This document shows, piece after piece, positions 18,084-26,258 of a DNA stretch of 64,000 nt; positions within the stretch are counted from its first letter, which is position 1, and every line of letters starts with the position of its first letter. The translations under genes and the position numbers were made by a program. Source of the stretch: an uncultured virus (IMG/VR IMGVR_UViG_3300005440_000007) (Duplodnaviria > Heunggongvirae > Uroviricota > Caudoviricetes); IMG/VR virus record IMGVR_UViG_3300005440_000007; one strand, 5' to 3'. The notes beneath the pieces are model-generated. The model saw nothing but the letters and a program-made list of their open reading frames with translations. It did not search any database and was not told the origin of the DNA.

Positions 18084-18658
18084 GCGCCGCCCTTCTTCCC
18101 GGCTCTCGTCGTATAGAGTGCCGCAACGAGCCCCGCCTCCATCTCGACCTTTCCGTAGCCGGCCGCGATACCTCGGATCTCGATCGTAATGGGCGTTCCA
18201 TGGAGAAGGAAATATCCGAAGGTGCTCCCCGGGATCGTCCCGGATCCAGAATACATGTTGGCCAGGCATACGCCTTTCTTGGGATTCGAAAAGTCTAGCT
18301 TGGCCGCTTCAGGAAGATTTCCATCGAGATCCGCGAGGTGATTCTTGACCTGGCCGTCCAGGATGTAGATCTCGTTGTCGGCGATGAGAGAGAACCGCGC
18401 GGTGGCCAAGCCGTTGGGGAACGACGGCGATCCTCCGGCGATCCGAAAAAACGGCGTCAGAAGGAGAATCGCGTCGGAGACCTGGCACTCCACGGCGTTC
18501 TTGAGAAGCGTCACGGGATCCAGCTTCGCGCGGGGATCCCCTCCGGTGTCGATCGGCGTCTTCTGGACCATGGGATAAATCTTGTCCAAGGTCATCGCGA
18601 AATCGTTCTTCGCGGCGCCGACGATCGACACGTACCCGGGGAATTCGAACTTAGCCAT
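18080..18658 (-). CDS. hypothetical protein
   Basis: GAGGTG SD; 192 aa. Confidence 0.7.
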   Translation of the reverse strand: MAKFEFPGYVSIVGAAKNDFAMTLDKIYPMVQKTPIDTGGDPRAKLDPVTLLKNAVECQVSDAILLLTPFFRIAGGSPSFPNGLATARFSLIADNEIYILDGQVKNHLADLDGNLPEAAKLDFSNPKKGVCLANMYSGSGTIPGSTFGYFLLHGTPITIEIRGIAAGYGKVEMEAGLVAALYTTRAGKKGGA

Positions 18659-18673
18659 GTCCGTGACACCTCA

Positions 18674-18931
18674 TCAGTGCTTGAGAAGAGCCGTCCACTT
18701 TTTCTGAACGATGCGGGAAAAGTCGTGCTGACTGGCGTCCTCGAGAGCCGAAAGGAACGCCGTCACGATCATCATGGGATCGAGATCCATCATGCGGGCG
18801 AGCCGTGTGCCGAGCTCCTGGGCAAGGTATCTCTTCTGGTCCGCCGTCATCTGCTTGTAGGTGAGCATCGAATGCCCCAGGCCGTGGGGGCGGGCGACGA
18901 TCTTGTTGCAGGTCCCGCAGAAAATCTTCAT
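18674..18931 (-). CDS. hypothetical protein
   Basis: Packing; CGTC. Confidence 0.65.
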   Translation of the reverse strand: MKIFCGTCNKIVARPHGLGHSMLTYKQMTADQKRYLAQELGTRLARMMDLDPMMIVTAFLSALEDASQHDFSRIVQKKWTALLKH

Positions 18932-18934
18932 CTC

Positions 18935-19147
18935 TCAGGCGTCCATCATCGCGCACTGGCCGCTGCAGTAGACCGGGACCGACTCCGGCGGAAGCGGGTT
19001 CCCGCACTCTTCCCGCTCGCACTTTCGGATCTTGAGATGGCCTTTCGGAAGCCAGCCCTTCTGGTCGCACGTCGCGCAGCCGTGACCGCCGCAATCGTGG
19101 CACTGTCCGGCGCCGTCGGGATAGTCTTTGTCCTTTGGAATGTTCAT
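18935..19147 (-). CDS. Cys-rich Zn-finger protein
   Basis: CHDCGGHGCATC..C..C..YCS..C. Confidence 0.7.
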   Translation of the reverse strand: MNIPKDKDYPDGAGQCHDCGGHGCATCDQKGWLPKGHLKIRKCEREECGNPLPPESVPVYCSGQCAMMDA

Positions 19148-19194
19148 GCTTCAAGCTCGGTGCGCGGGGGCGGGACGACCACCGAATCCTGCAT
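19144..19194 (-). CDS. possible 16-aa leaderless leader peptide
   Basis: MQDSVVVPPPRTELEA; ATG 8 nt after -10; ATGA-coupled to next gene. Confidence 0.45.
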   Translation of the reverse strand: MQDSVVVPPPRTELEA

Positions 19195-19202
19195 ACCCAG
19201 CG

Positions 19203-19230
19203 AGTATACCGCGTATACGCTGTGTGTCAA
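19203..19230 (-). promoter_or_regulatory. sigma70 promoter with GCGTATACGC operator in spacer
   Basis: TTGACA-CACAGCGTATACGCGG-TATACT. Confidence 0.9.
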
Positions 19231-19234
19231 TGGT

Positions 19235-19440
19235 TTCTGGGGTCCGCCTTCTTTTCGTTCAGCCCGAGGCGGCGCCGGAGCCTGCGGTCGGCTCTACGCG
19301 GAGTGAGACCCTCGCTCCGCAGATGCGGATACTTCGTTTCCTTGCGGAAGCGTTCCCAGCCTTTCTTCAGGGGTCCCTCGAGATCGTGGCGTGATCCACG
19401 ACCTCGGGAACCTGGAGATGACGATGGTCAGCACAGCAGC
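19235..19440 (-). ncRNA. candidate structured RNA (multi-hairpin)
   Basis: 11-bp stem 19379-19406, UUCC-GCAA-GGAA GNRA hairpin and further hairpins; no clean ORF. Confidence 0.4.
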
Positions 19441-19441
19441 A

Positions 19442-19768
19442 TTACCAGTCCTTGTTGGCCTCAAGATAGGGCCGAACGATCCGAAAGAGCGTGTAGGCCT
19501 CCGCCATTTCGTAAGGGACTCCGTTTCGGGCGGGCGGGGAATAGGGAACTTCCTCCGAGAGAATCACTTTCCCCTCGTTGTCCTGGATCTGGATCGAGAC
19601 CTTTCCACGCTCGTTCCAGTCGGGAGTGAAGAAGACGCTCAGGTCTCCTCCCATCTGGTGATAGACGAAGAATTCCGGGTACTCGTAGGCGAAGTGCCAG
19701 CCGTGGTAGTACTTGTACATCTGCTCGAAAGCCTGGACGAGCTCTTCGACTTCCTTCGACTTGGGCAT
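19442..19768 (-). CDS. hypothetical protein
   Basis: 108 aa; TATCAT 6 nt upstream. Confidence 0.7.
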   Translation of the reverse strand: MPKSKEVEELVQAFEQMYKYYHGWHFAYEYPEFFVYHQMGGDLSVFFTPDWNERGKVSIQIQDNEGKVILSEEVPYSPPARNGVPYEMAEAYTLFRIVRPYLEANKDW

Positions 19769-19817
19769 GGGCTAATGATACTCCACCTGGACGATCCTTC
19801 AAGGTACAATTTCCATG

Positions 19818-20207
19818 ATGGCAAGGAAGAAGGTCGCGCGGAAGGGAATCGAAAACGGCTGGGAGTTGAAAGACGTCGATCCCTGCTTCCAGTATGCCCG
19901 CCTGATCACGGCGATCGAATGTCACCTGAGGTCCGCCACCCGCCACGTCAATCGAGGCGACGCCACCTCGGCGAACAACGATCTGGTGATGGCCAACCAC
20001 GATGCCCGAAAGCTCTCGAGCATCCTGCCGGCCACGAAGAAGCGTGCAGGGGAGATCGCCAAGGGAACGGATGCTCTGGTCGACAAGCTAAAAGGCGGGA
20101 AAGCGATCCCCGAAAAGGACCGGAGCACGATCATCTCCAGGATCTCCGCGATGAACCCGCCCGTGCGCGATCTTTTCGTGAAGGGCAGCTCGGCCTGCAA
20201 AATCTAA
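19818..20207 (+). CDS. basic helical hypothetical protein in antisense orientation
   Basis: TACAAT 7 nt upstream of ATG; stop overlaps the convergent stop. Confidence 0.7.
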   Translation: MARKKVARKGIENGWELKDVDPCFQYARLITAIECHLRSATRHVNRGDATSANNDLVMANHDARKLSSILPATKKRAGEIAKGTDALVDKLKGGKAIPEKDRSTIISRISAMNPPVRDLFVKGSSACKI

Positions 20208-20941
20208 CCCTTCCGGCTCTGCCCGTGGAAATCCCCGTAGGCATCCTTCCGGTGTGAGATCGCGTCGATCGTGACGAGCCTCTCGCTCTCGTCGACGTGG
20301 AAGATCACGCGCCAGTCCAGGGTCTTCATTCGAAAATGGCCCTTCGCGGCTCCCCATAGAGCGACGACACCGCTCACCTGCGGCCAGTTCCGAAGGCGGT
20401 CCAGGATATCGTCGATCTTGACCTGAACGCCTTTGTTCAGGTCCGCGTACTGACGCTCGGCCTCTGGGGTAAGAGAAATCTGGTAGGCCTGCGGAAGGCT
20501 CTTCATGATGAATGCCGCGTCCAGCGCCGCGACATCCACCGCTTCGATCTCTTTCACCTCAGCATGAAATGCGGAGAAGGCCCGGTGCCCTCCCTCACAA
20601 AGAACCTCTTCGCTGTCCGAGTCGATCACGACCGGCGGGAACTTGGCCTCTCCGGATTCCCAGACCGCCATGTAGTCGATGACCTTTTCCTCATAAAGGG
20701 CCCTCTCGGTCTGGACGAGCAGCCACGTCTCCACCATGACGACCGGGATTTGAGGATTGAGCTGGACGAGAAGGTCCCGAAGATCGTCCGTCGAGATCGC
20801 CTCGGCGTCCCGGATGTTGTAGATCCGGTCGAGGCGCTCTTTCATGCAGACCGAGACATCGGTCTGGATCTCCTGAGGGAGGTCCAGGAAGTGAATGACG
20901 GCAATCTGCCGGATCGGCTTTTTCCGCCGCGGCAAGCCCAT
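20204..20941 (-). CDS. ParB/Srx-like domain fused to RelE/ParE toxin domain
   Basis: FPPVVID..LCEGGHRAFSA; YQISLTPEAERQY..FRMKTLDWRVIF..IDAISHRKDAY. Confidence 0.8.
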   Translation of the reverse strand: MGLPRRKKPIRQIAVIHFLDLPQEIQTDVSVCMKERLDRIYNIRDAEAISTDDLRDLLVQLNPQIPVVMVETWLLVQTERALYEEKVIDYMAVWESGEAKFPPVVIDSDSEEVLCEGGHRAFSAFHAEVKEIEAVDVAALDAAFIMKSLPQAYQISLTPEAERQYADLNKGVQVKIDDILDRLRNWPQVSGVVALWGAAKGHFRMKTLDWRVIFHVDESERLVTIDAISHRKDAYGDFHGQSRKG

Positions 20942-20970
20942 GGAAATGGGTCCCCTGCAGGCTCGCGTTG

Positions 20971-21498
20971 TTAAACGACGAGCTTCTTGAACCTGAGGAA
21001 GAGCTTGAAGACCGAATCCTTGACGCGCTTCAGCTCCTCGCCGATGGGCGCGTAGAACCAGGAGGACATGGACTGTCCCTGCTCGCAATCGAAGATGTTC
21101 CCGACGATCGCGACCTGGTCGTCCTCCTCCATCAGCAGCCAGATCGGAGCGTCGCCGCCCTTGCGGGCTTCGCCGCTGATATGGCATCCCGAGATCGTCA
21201 GGTTGCCCTCCGCCATGAGGGTGACGCCATCGGGAATGACGATCGCTTCGTCGACGATGTACCTTCCCTCCCGGATGTAGACCGTGCCGCCATCCTGAGG
21301 AAGAGCGGAGATCGCCTCCTGGACGCTCATCCCAGGCTCGAGGACGATGAAGTTGCCCGGAACGCCGATGGGGCCCGGGCCGCCGCAGGGTCCCTGGATC
21401 CCGATCGGCCTGTCGAGCTCCTCGGCCAGGGCCTTCGGCGCGACGGCGGCCACGGCGGCTGCACCGCCCAGGAACTTCAGGAATTCTCTGCGGTTCAT
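20971..21498 (-). CDS. twin-arginine-signal protein with short beta-helix-like region
   Basis: MNRREFLKFLGGAAAVAAVAPKALA; SVQEAISAL..GGTVYIREGRY. Confidence 0.75.
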   Translation of the reverse strand: MNRREFLKFLGGAAAVAAVAPKALAEELDRPIGIQGPCGGPGPIGVPGNFIVLEPGMSVQEAISALPQDGGTVYIREGRYIVDEAIVIPDGVTLMAEGNLTISGCHISGEARKGGDAPIWLLMEEDDQVAIVGNIFDCEQGQSMSSWFYAPIGEELKRVKDSVFKLFLRFKKLVV

Positions 21499-21511
21499 GG
21501 CTTTTCCTCGA

Positions 21512-22156
21512 CTACGCGTTCTTGAGAAGAAGGACGAGGGCGACCGCGCCCAACCCGATTCCTCCGTAGGTGAGGAGATCCTTGGTCGGGATCCCCGAGG
21601 ACGGCGGAGCCGCCGTGGGTCCCGGCACGCGGGTTCCGGACGCCGGCGGAAGAATGCTTCCCGGGGCGGTGGTGTTGGGAACGATCTGGCCGCCCGTTGT
21701 CGTGAGGGGCGTCTTCCCGAACTCCTGCATCCCCTGATACATGTTGTCGATCACGAGCGCCCATTCGTCGACTCGGCCGAGCGTCTCTTCGTCGAGCTCC
21801 CAGGACTCCAGATCCTCCCGAAGGATCGCCTGGGCGCGGTCGACGTAGTACTGGTCCTTGACGACGATGTCGTCATACCCCCAGAAGTTGTCGGAGATGT
21901 ACTTCTGCCCGAAGGTCCGAAGCAGCATGGGATCCGCGTCGATGCGGGAGGCGATCCATTTCCGCACCTGCGCCATGCGATCGGTGCCGGTCTTGATCTT
22001 GGAGAGGATGGCGTTGCGCTCGTCGGCAAAAACCATCGCCCCCATCGTCGCACGATGCTGCTGGAAGAGCTGGGGCCGGTTTACTGGCCGCGCAAGCCTG
22101 ACCTGGAGATTTCCGCCCAGGGCCGGCTGGAAGGTGCTCTTGAACTGGGATCTCAT
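21512..22156 (-). CDS. protein with basic leader and C-terminal TM anchor
   Basis: LLTYGGIGLGAVALVLLLK; GGAG SD. Confidence 0.75.
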   Translation of the reverse strand: MRSQFKSTFQPALGGNLQVRLARPVNRPQLFQQHRATMGAMVFADERNAILSKIKTGTDRMAQVRKWIASRIDADPMLLRTFGQKYISDNFWGYDDIVVKDQYYVDRAQAILREDLESWELDEETLGRVDEWALVIDNMYQGMQEFGKTPLTTTGGQIVPNTTAPGSILPPASGTRVPGPTAAPPSSGIPTKDLLTYGGIGLGAVALVLLLKNA

Positions 22157-22169
22157 CGTCTTCTCCGTT

Positions 22170-23009
22170 CTATTCGAATCTCACCTTACCGTCTTCGTCG
22201 GCGTAGGCGTTGATTTCACCGTAAGCGTGAGCGGCCTCGGTCAGGCGATCGCCGAACGCGCCGTACCCGCGATCCCAGAATCCTGCGCCGTGGCGATTGC
22301 GGGTGAGCCAGAAATCGTGACCATGCTGGGACCGATCCGAGCTCGCGGCCTCGAGATCCTTCCGGTTCGACCGAATGAAATCGTTCGCGTCCTTGACCGC
22401 CTGATCGACGGCCTCCTGAGTGAAGTCCTCGACTGTGTAGCTCTTGTCGAGCGGATCCTCGCCGTCGCCCACCGAGCTCGCCCAGAGCGCCGCCTCGAGG
22501 TAGGCGTCGACGAACTCGGGCCACACGGGAACGGGATGCTTCGAAGTCTTGGCCGCGCCGAGAGTCGGCTCGTCCATGTCCACGACCTTGAAGCCCTTCC
22601 CCCGCGCGTAGGCGATCGCTTCCGCCTTCGAAGGTCTCTTGGCCAGGACGTAGTATCGACGCTCGTCCTCGGACCACCAGCGGATCCGATACCAGCCGTG
22701 ACTTCCCGGAACGAGCTCGATATAGGCGGTGCCTTCCGAGCCCTCCACCGGCCTCCTGGCGCCGAGCTCCAGAAGATCAGTTGCCCCGAGCTTCTTCCGT
22801 TCCTTCATGGCCTGCTTGTAGGAGTAGGTGACCTTCCCGTTTTCGATGAGAACGATGTCGTACCCTTCGTGCTCGACCGCGTGGTCGACACTGAAAGAAT
22901 GGCGCTTGTGAAGCCACGCGACCGCTTCAAAGTCGCTCGCGAAGCCGGTCTTGAGAGTCTCCCCGTCCTGGGTGATGACCCATCCTTCCGCGGCCCCAAG
23001 CTTGAGCAC
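22170..23009 (-). CDS. three-module protein; last module with GHDFWLTRN.HGAGFWDR motif
   Basis: Phage-type C-terminal motif; LGA linkers between modules. Confidence 0.75.
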   Translation of the reverse strand: MLKLGAAEGWVITQDGETLKTGFASDFEAVAWLHKRHSFSVDHAVEHEGYDIVLIENGKVTYSYKQAMKERKKLGATDLLELGARRPVEGSEGTAYIELVPGSHGWYRIRWWSEDERRYYVLAKRPSKAEAIAYARGKGFKVVDMDEPTLGAAKTSKHPVPVWPEFVDAYLEAALWASSVGDGEDPLDKSYTVEDFTQEAVDQAVKDANDFIRSNRKDLEAASSDRSQHGHDFWLTRNRHGAGFWDRGYGAFGDRLTEAAHAYGEINAYADEDGKVRFE

Positions 23010-23012
23010 GAA

Positions 23013-23255
23013 CTATCCCCTGCACACCGGGCAGGGCGGTGCGCCCGGATCGCCCTTCTTGAAGACCTGGATCCGGCCCGGCGGCACGTTCTGCTGCTGT
23101 GGCGGCACGAACGTCTGCTGGGGCGGCGGAGGAGCCGCGGGAGGCGGAGGAGGCGGGGCCGCCAGATGCGGCTGGGGCCTTGTCACCGGGACGCCGCCGC
23201 GCAGCGGGATCGGCTTTCCGAACGCTTCGAATCCGCGCTGGAACACGTTGGGCAT
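23013..23255 (-). CDS. small Pro-rich protein ending CPVCRG
   Basis: AAGGAG SD; start revised. Confidence 0.7.
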   Translation of the reverse strand: MPNVFQRGFEAFGKPIPLRGGVPVTRPQPHLAAPPPPPPAAPPPPQQTFVPPQQQNVPPGRIQVFKKGDPGAPPCPVCRG

Positions 23256-23266
23256 GGGGACTCCTT

Positions 23267-23734
23267 TCAGCGGGTCGCGAGATAGAAAAGGCCGAAGACA
23301 ACCAGGCCGCCCGTCACGAGCGATGGAAGAGAGTAGGAGGCAACCTGCCCCAGGCCGGCCCCCTCGAGCTCTTGCTGCATCATGGCGCGCTTCCGGATCC
23401 GCTTGCACTTGGCGCAGCCGATGCCCGCCTGGCGCTTGGCTTCGCATTCCTCGCAAAGCTCGTCGCCGCAGCCCATTCGGACGCGAGGGCGTCCGGAAAG
23501 GTTGGCCTTCTCCTCTTCATCGAGCGGCTCGTACACGATGATGGGGCATTCGCCCATCGCGCGCTGAGGCCGAGTGTAGGCGCGCGAGATGCTGGCGGAG
23601 CGGCGGGCCGGCGCCTCGAGGGACGGGGCCACCGTCTCCGGTGCCTGAGCCAGATCCCATCCGCCGCACCCCATGTAGGCGCGGGGAGAAAATTGGATCG
23701 CTGGGAGATGGGCGCGGGAGACGGGGTTCAGCAT
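23267..23734 (-). CDS. protein with CxxC pairs and C-terminal TM anchor
   Basis: GGAGGAG SD; LVTGGLVVFGLFYLA. Confidence 0.75.
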   Translation of the reverse strand: MLNPVSRAHLPAIQFSPRAYMGCGGWDLAQAPETVAPSLEAPARRSASISRAYTRPQRAMGECPIIVYEPLDEEEKANLSGRPRVRMGCGDELCEECEAKRQAGIGCAKCKRIRKRAMMQQELEGAGLGQVASYSLPSLVTGGLVVFGLFYLATR

Positions 23735-23743
23735 GGCTCTCCT

Positions 23744-23823
23744 CCGAGTCTCCTAACAGCATATCCTGATGCGAGGAAATATTCCAGTTCGGTCGATCAG
23801 GTGCAATTTTTGGAGACCTTCGG
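23744..23823 (-). promoter_or_regulatory. putative promoter CTGGAA-N18-TATGCT within an imperfect hairpin reaching the SD
   Basis: GTCTCC/GGAGAC, CCTGAT/ATCAGG and CCGA/TCGG pairings. Confidence 0.5.
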
Positions 23824-23845
23824 GAATGACCCTATAGAAAGCCTT

Positions 23846-24094
23846 TCAGGATCCTGGGGGCCAGCTCCAGAAGCCGTTCCGAAGCCCTGTGGAGTAGGAG
23901 GCCTCGGTAGAGAAGGAGGGCTTTCCTGGGGGAAATACGGTCAAGGTGACCCTGCCTGCAAGCGACAGGTGGTCGATGTCGATGATGATCGCCGCGCGAG
24001 CTGCGCCATCCATCCCATAATGAACGGACCGACCAATCTCAGGCGGCCGACTCTGAAGAGTCTGGAAAATCCTCAGTCTTTCCGTCGTTTTCAT
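23846..24094 (-). CDS. conserved small phage protein
   Basis: P.IGR.VHY..RAAII..LTVF..WSWPP. Confidence 0.75.
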   Translation of the reverse strand: MKTTERLRIFQTLQSRPPEIGRSVHYGMDGAARAAIIIDIDHLSLAGRVTLTVFPPGKPSFSTEASYSTGLRNGFWSWPPGS

Positions 24095-24113
24095 GTCCGG
24101 ATTCCGGCTCCCT

Positions 24114-24365
24114 CTACGCCTTAGTGGCAGATCCCCGCTCCTCGAGAAGGCTCTGAAGATGAAGATCCTTCTCGTGATAGACGAAACCGTCCGGGCCCAC
24201 GACGTGATCTGGAGGAATCGGCTTTCGCTCGAAAACGCCGTGCCACTCTCCGATCTCCGGATCGCAGGCGCTGCAAAGAGGTGGGGAGTCCGACTTCCGG
24301 ATCCAGTAGTAGGAGACCGCCGTGTTCTCCATCACGCGGCAGTTGGCGCAGAGAAAAATCGACAT
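24114..24365 (-). CDS. Zn-binding small phage protein
   Basis: FLC..C..ENTA..LCSAC..G.WHG.F. Confidence 0.75.
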   Translation of the reverse strand: MSIFLCANCRVMENTAVSYYWIRKSDSPPLCSACDPEIGEWHGVFERKPIPPDHVVGPDGFVYHEKDLHLQSLLEERGSATKA

Positions 24366-24425
24366 CTGTCCGCACCCCCGACCCGGAATACAGAACCAGA
24401 TCGGGCTCCCGCGTCACGCGAATTC

Positions 24426-24707
24426 TTAAAGAAATCTCCCATTCCTCATGAATAGAACAAGCTCTCGCCGGGTGACTTCCTGAGCCCCCATTTTGATCGC
24501 CCTGGCGCGGCGAGCGGCAGTGAGGTCGTAATGGGGAAGCTTGGAATGATCCTGGAACCACTCGATCTTCATCCCGATTCCAAGAGCGAAGGCGTGGAGC
24601 TCCGGGATCGTATCGGCGAAGAGATGGCAGTTCGGAACAGTACGGCCGCGCATCCGCCAGCCGTGATTCATAAGAGGATCGACGTAGACGGTCACCCCGT
24701 CGCCCAA
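24426..24707 (-). CDS. DUF4031 family protein
   Basis: VYVD..CHLFADT..ELHAFA..IG..WFQ..PHYDLT. Confidence 0.9.
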   Translation of the reverse strand: MGDGVTVYVDPLMNHGWRMRGRTVPNCHLFADTIPELHAFALGIGMKIEWFQDHSKLPHYDLTAARRARAIKMGAQEVTRRELVLFMRNGRFL

Positions 24708-24729
24708 GGACGCAGCTGAAAATCGTTCA

Positions 24730-25122
24730 TCACGATCTCCAGAGTTTCGAATAGACTTCGAAGACCGCGCTCTCGTCGCTCTCCCCCTCTCCCTTGAGCC
24801 ACCTTCCGGATGGATGGGTGAAGAGCCAGAAGGTCATGAGCTTCCCGCCTTGACGATAGTCGTTGTGGACCCCGACCATCCAGCCGTTCTCACGCAGGAT
24901 CCTGAGCATGGAGGTCAGGCTTCGACGCTGGCCCTCCCGCTGGGCCTTGTCGTTCCTCAGGATGTCGGCGATCTTCTGACCGGCCTGGTCGGACTCTTCC
25001 TCGGTAAGTTCCCGGTGGGTGATTCCGTACTCACGCATCACGGCCTGGATCTTCTCCTGGGCCGCAGGAGAGGCGTCGTCGTAGGCGTTCTGGAATTTCT
25101 TCTTATCCGCCTCGTCCATCAT
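24730..25122 (-). CDS. hypothetical protein
   Basis: GW.V.VHNDY..TFWLFTHP motif; start revised. Confidence 0.7.
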   Translation of the reverse strand: MMDEADKKKFQNAYDDASPAAQEKIQAVMREYGITHRELTEEESDQAGQKIADILRNDKAQREGQRRSLTSMLRILRENGWMVGVHNDYRQGGKLMTFWLFTHPSGRWLKGEGESDESAVFEVYSKLWRS

Positions 25123-25274
25123 TGCCGCCCCGGAGATGCGTGGTAGATGCCGTTCTTCTTGCATTTCGAGCAGCGTCTAGGCATGTTGATCATCTCGCCC
25201 TTATGCCTTCGGCCTTCCCAGCCGCAAAGCACGCAGTTGACCTTGACGGTCTTCGTCTCACGGATTTCCGGCAC
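25119..25274 (-). CDS. 51-aa Zn-ribbon protein (not in ORF track)
   Basis: CVLCG..CSKC; ATGA coupling. Confidence 0.65.
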   Translation of the reverse strand: MPEIRETKTVKVNCVLCGWEGRRHKGEMINMPRRCSKCKKNGIYHASPGRQ

Positions 25275-25488
25275 AGTCGTTTTCCTTCTTCGGGCATGGG
25301 CATTTGCCGGCCCAGGGGATCGGCTGGCCGCAGAATCTGCATCGCTCCTTTGATCTCCGGATCGCTTCCTCCACCGCAGATCTCGAGCTCTGGCGAGCCT
25401 TAAAAGGTCCGCCTTGGGCAGCGCCCTCTCCCTCGCCTACAATCCCGGCGCACATAGGTTCCCGAGAGGGCGTCCCAAGATGGACCAT
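25258..25488 (-). CDS. small hypothetical protein
   Basis: CRFC..CPC; packing. Confidence 0.55.
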   Translation of the reverse strand: MVHLGTPSREPMCAGIVGEGEGAAQGGPFKARQSSRSAVEEAIRRSKERCRFCGQPIPWAGKCPCPKKENDCAGNP

Positions 25489-25492
25489 TTTT

Positions 25493-25696
25493 CTATTCCT
25501 TCTTCTCGACGGCTGAGGGTTTCTGCTTGATCTCCAAATGGAAATTGCAGGACGATCCGCCGAGAAGGCCGATGAAGAGCAGGACAGCGATGATCCCAAT
25601 CACCACCGACGGACGAATGTGCGTCGGACAGTCGTGCTGGTTCCCGATCGGATACTGGGTCCCGCAGCTGGGACAGGTCGTGTAAGTCGCCATCAA
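25493..25696 (-). CDS. small TM protein with Zn ribbon
   Basis: AGGAGG SD; hydrophobic helix. Confidence 0.7.
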   Translation of the reverse strand: MMATYTTCPSCGTQYPIGNQHDCPTHIRPSVVIGIIAVLLFIGLLGGSSCNFHLEIKQKPSAVEKKE

Positions 25697-25702
25697 TGCC
25701 TC

Positions 25703-25897
25703 CTACTTCTGGACGACCCATTGCCACTCGACGGCGCCCTTCTCGTCCTTCACGACCCACCTGGCATGGCCGCGCTTCACGAGCTCGACCTTCCAGTGGT
25801 CGTTCGTCAGCTTCCAGGTGAGCAAGAAGCAGGTGATCAGGAGAATGCCCATGATCCAGAGCATCGTCACCCTGCTGATTTTGTAGCCGTCCATCAT
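25703..25897 (-). CDS. small single-TM protein
   Basis: Hydrophobic helix; ATGA coupling. Confidence 0.7.
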   Translation of the reverse strand: MMDGYKISRVTMLWIMGILLITCFLLTWKLTNDHWKVELVKRGHARWVVKDEKGAVEWQWVVQK

Positions 25898-26082
25898 CTC
25901 ATTCCTCCAAATTCTCCCCTCGACAAAGCTCCAGGCGTCAGCACGGGGCCAGAGCGGACGGCCTTCATCCTCCTGGGACAGTTTGGAGCTCGGCAGGACT
26001 TCACGAGGCCTACCGTACTCATGAAGTAAGGTTTCGAGTAGCGATGCCGATGCCTTGGTCTTGGCTTTGACGAAATCGTCAT
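25894..26082 (-). CDS. small basic protein
   Basis: ATGA coupling at both ends. Confidence 0.55.
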   Translation of the reverse strand: MTISSKPRPRHRHRYSKPYFMSTVGLVKSCRAPNCPRRMKAVRSGPVLTPGALSRGEFGGMR

Positions 26083-26255
26083 GACGCCGACTCCCTGCAT
26101 TTCGTGCAGTCGAAGGGCCCGGCGAGGGTCATGTCCCACGGACCAACCAGATTCCCGCAGGCGGTCTCTCCGTAGCCCGTGTCGTCGTTGTAGTACTTCA
26201 CGTCGTGGACCTCGCCGTCGAGGGTGACGACCATCAGGCTTTCGTTCTTTGGCAC
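26079..26255 (-). CDS. 58-aa protein (H..CG..CxxC; not in ORF track)
   Basis: GTG inside junction repeat; ATGA coupling. Confidence 0.65.
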   Translation of the reverse strand: MPKNESLMVVTLDGEVHDVKYYNDDTGYGETACGNLVGPWDMTLAGPFDCTKCRESAS

Positions 26256-26258
26256 TCT

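Noticed and set aside
20202..20208. ATCTAAC matches the integron inverse core RYYYAAC at a stop codon
   Set aside because: No attC palindrome or GTTRRRY follows, and no integrase is in the window.
21858..23285. Long plus-strand ORFs in the track (also 12309-13538, 56415-57650, 61308-62456, 62584-63909)
   Set aside because: Antisense shadows of GC3-rich minus-strand genes that have motifs, SDs and coupled junctions.
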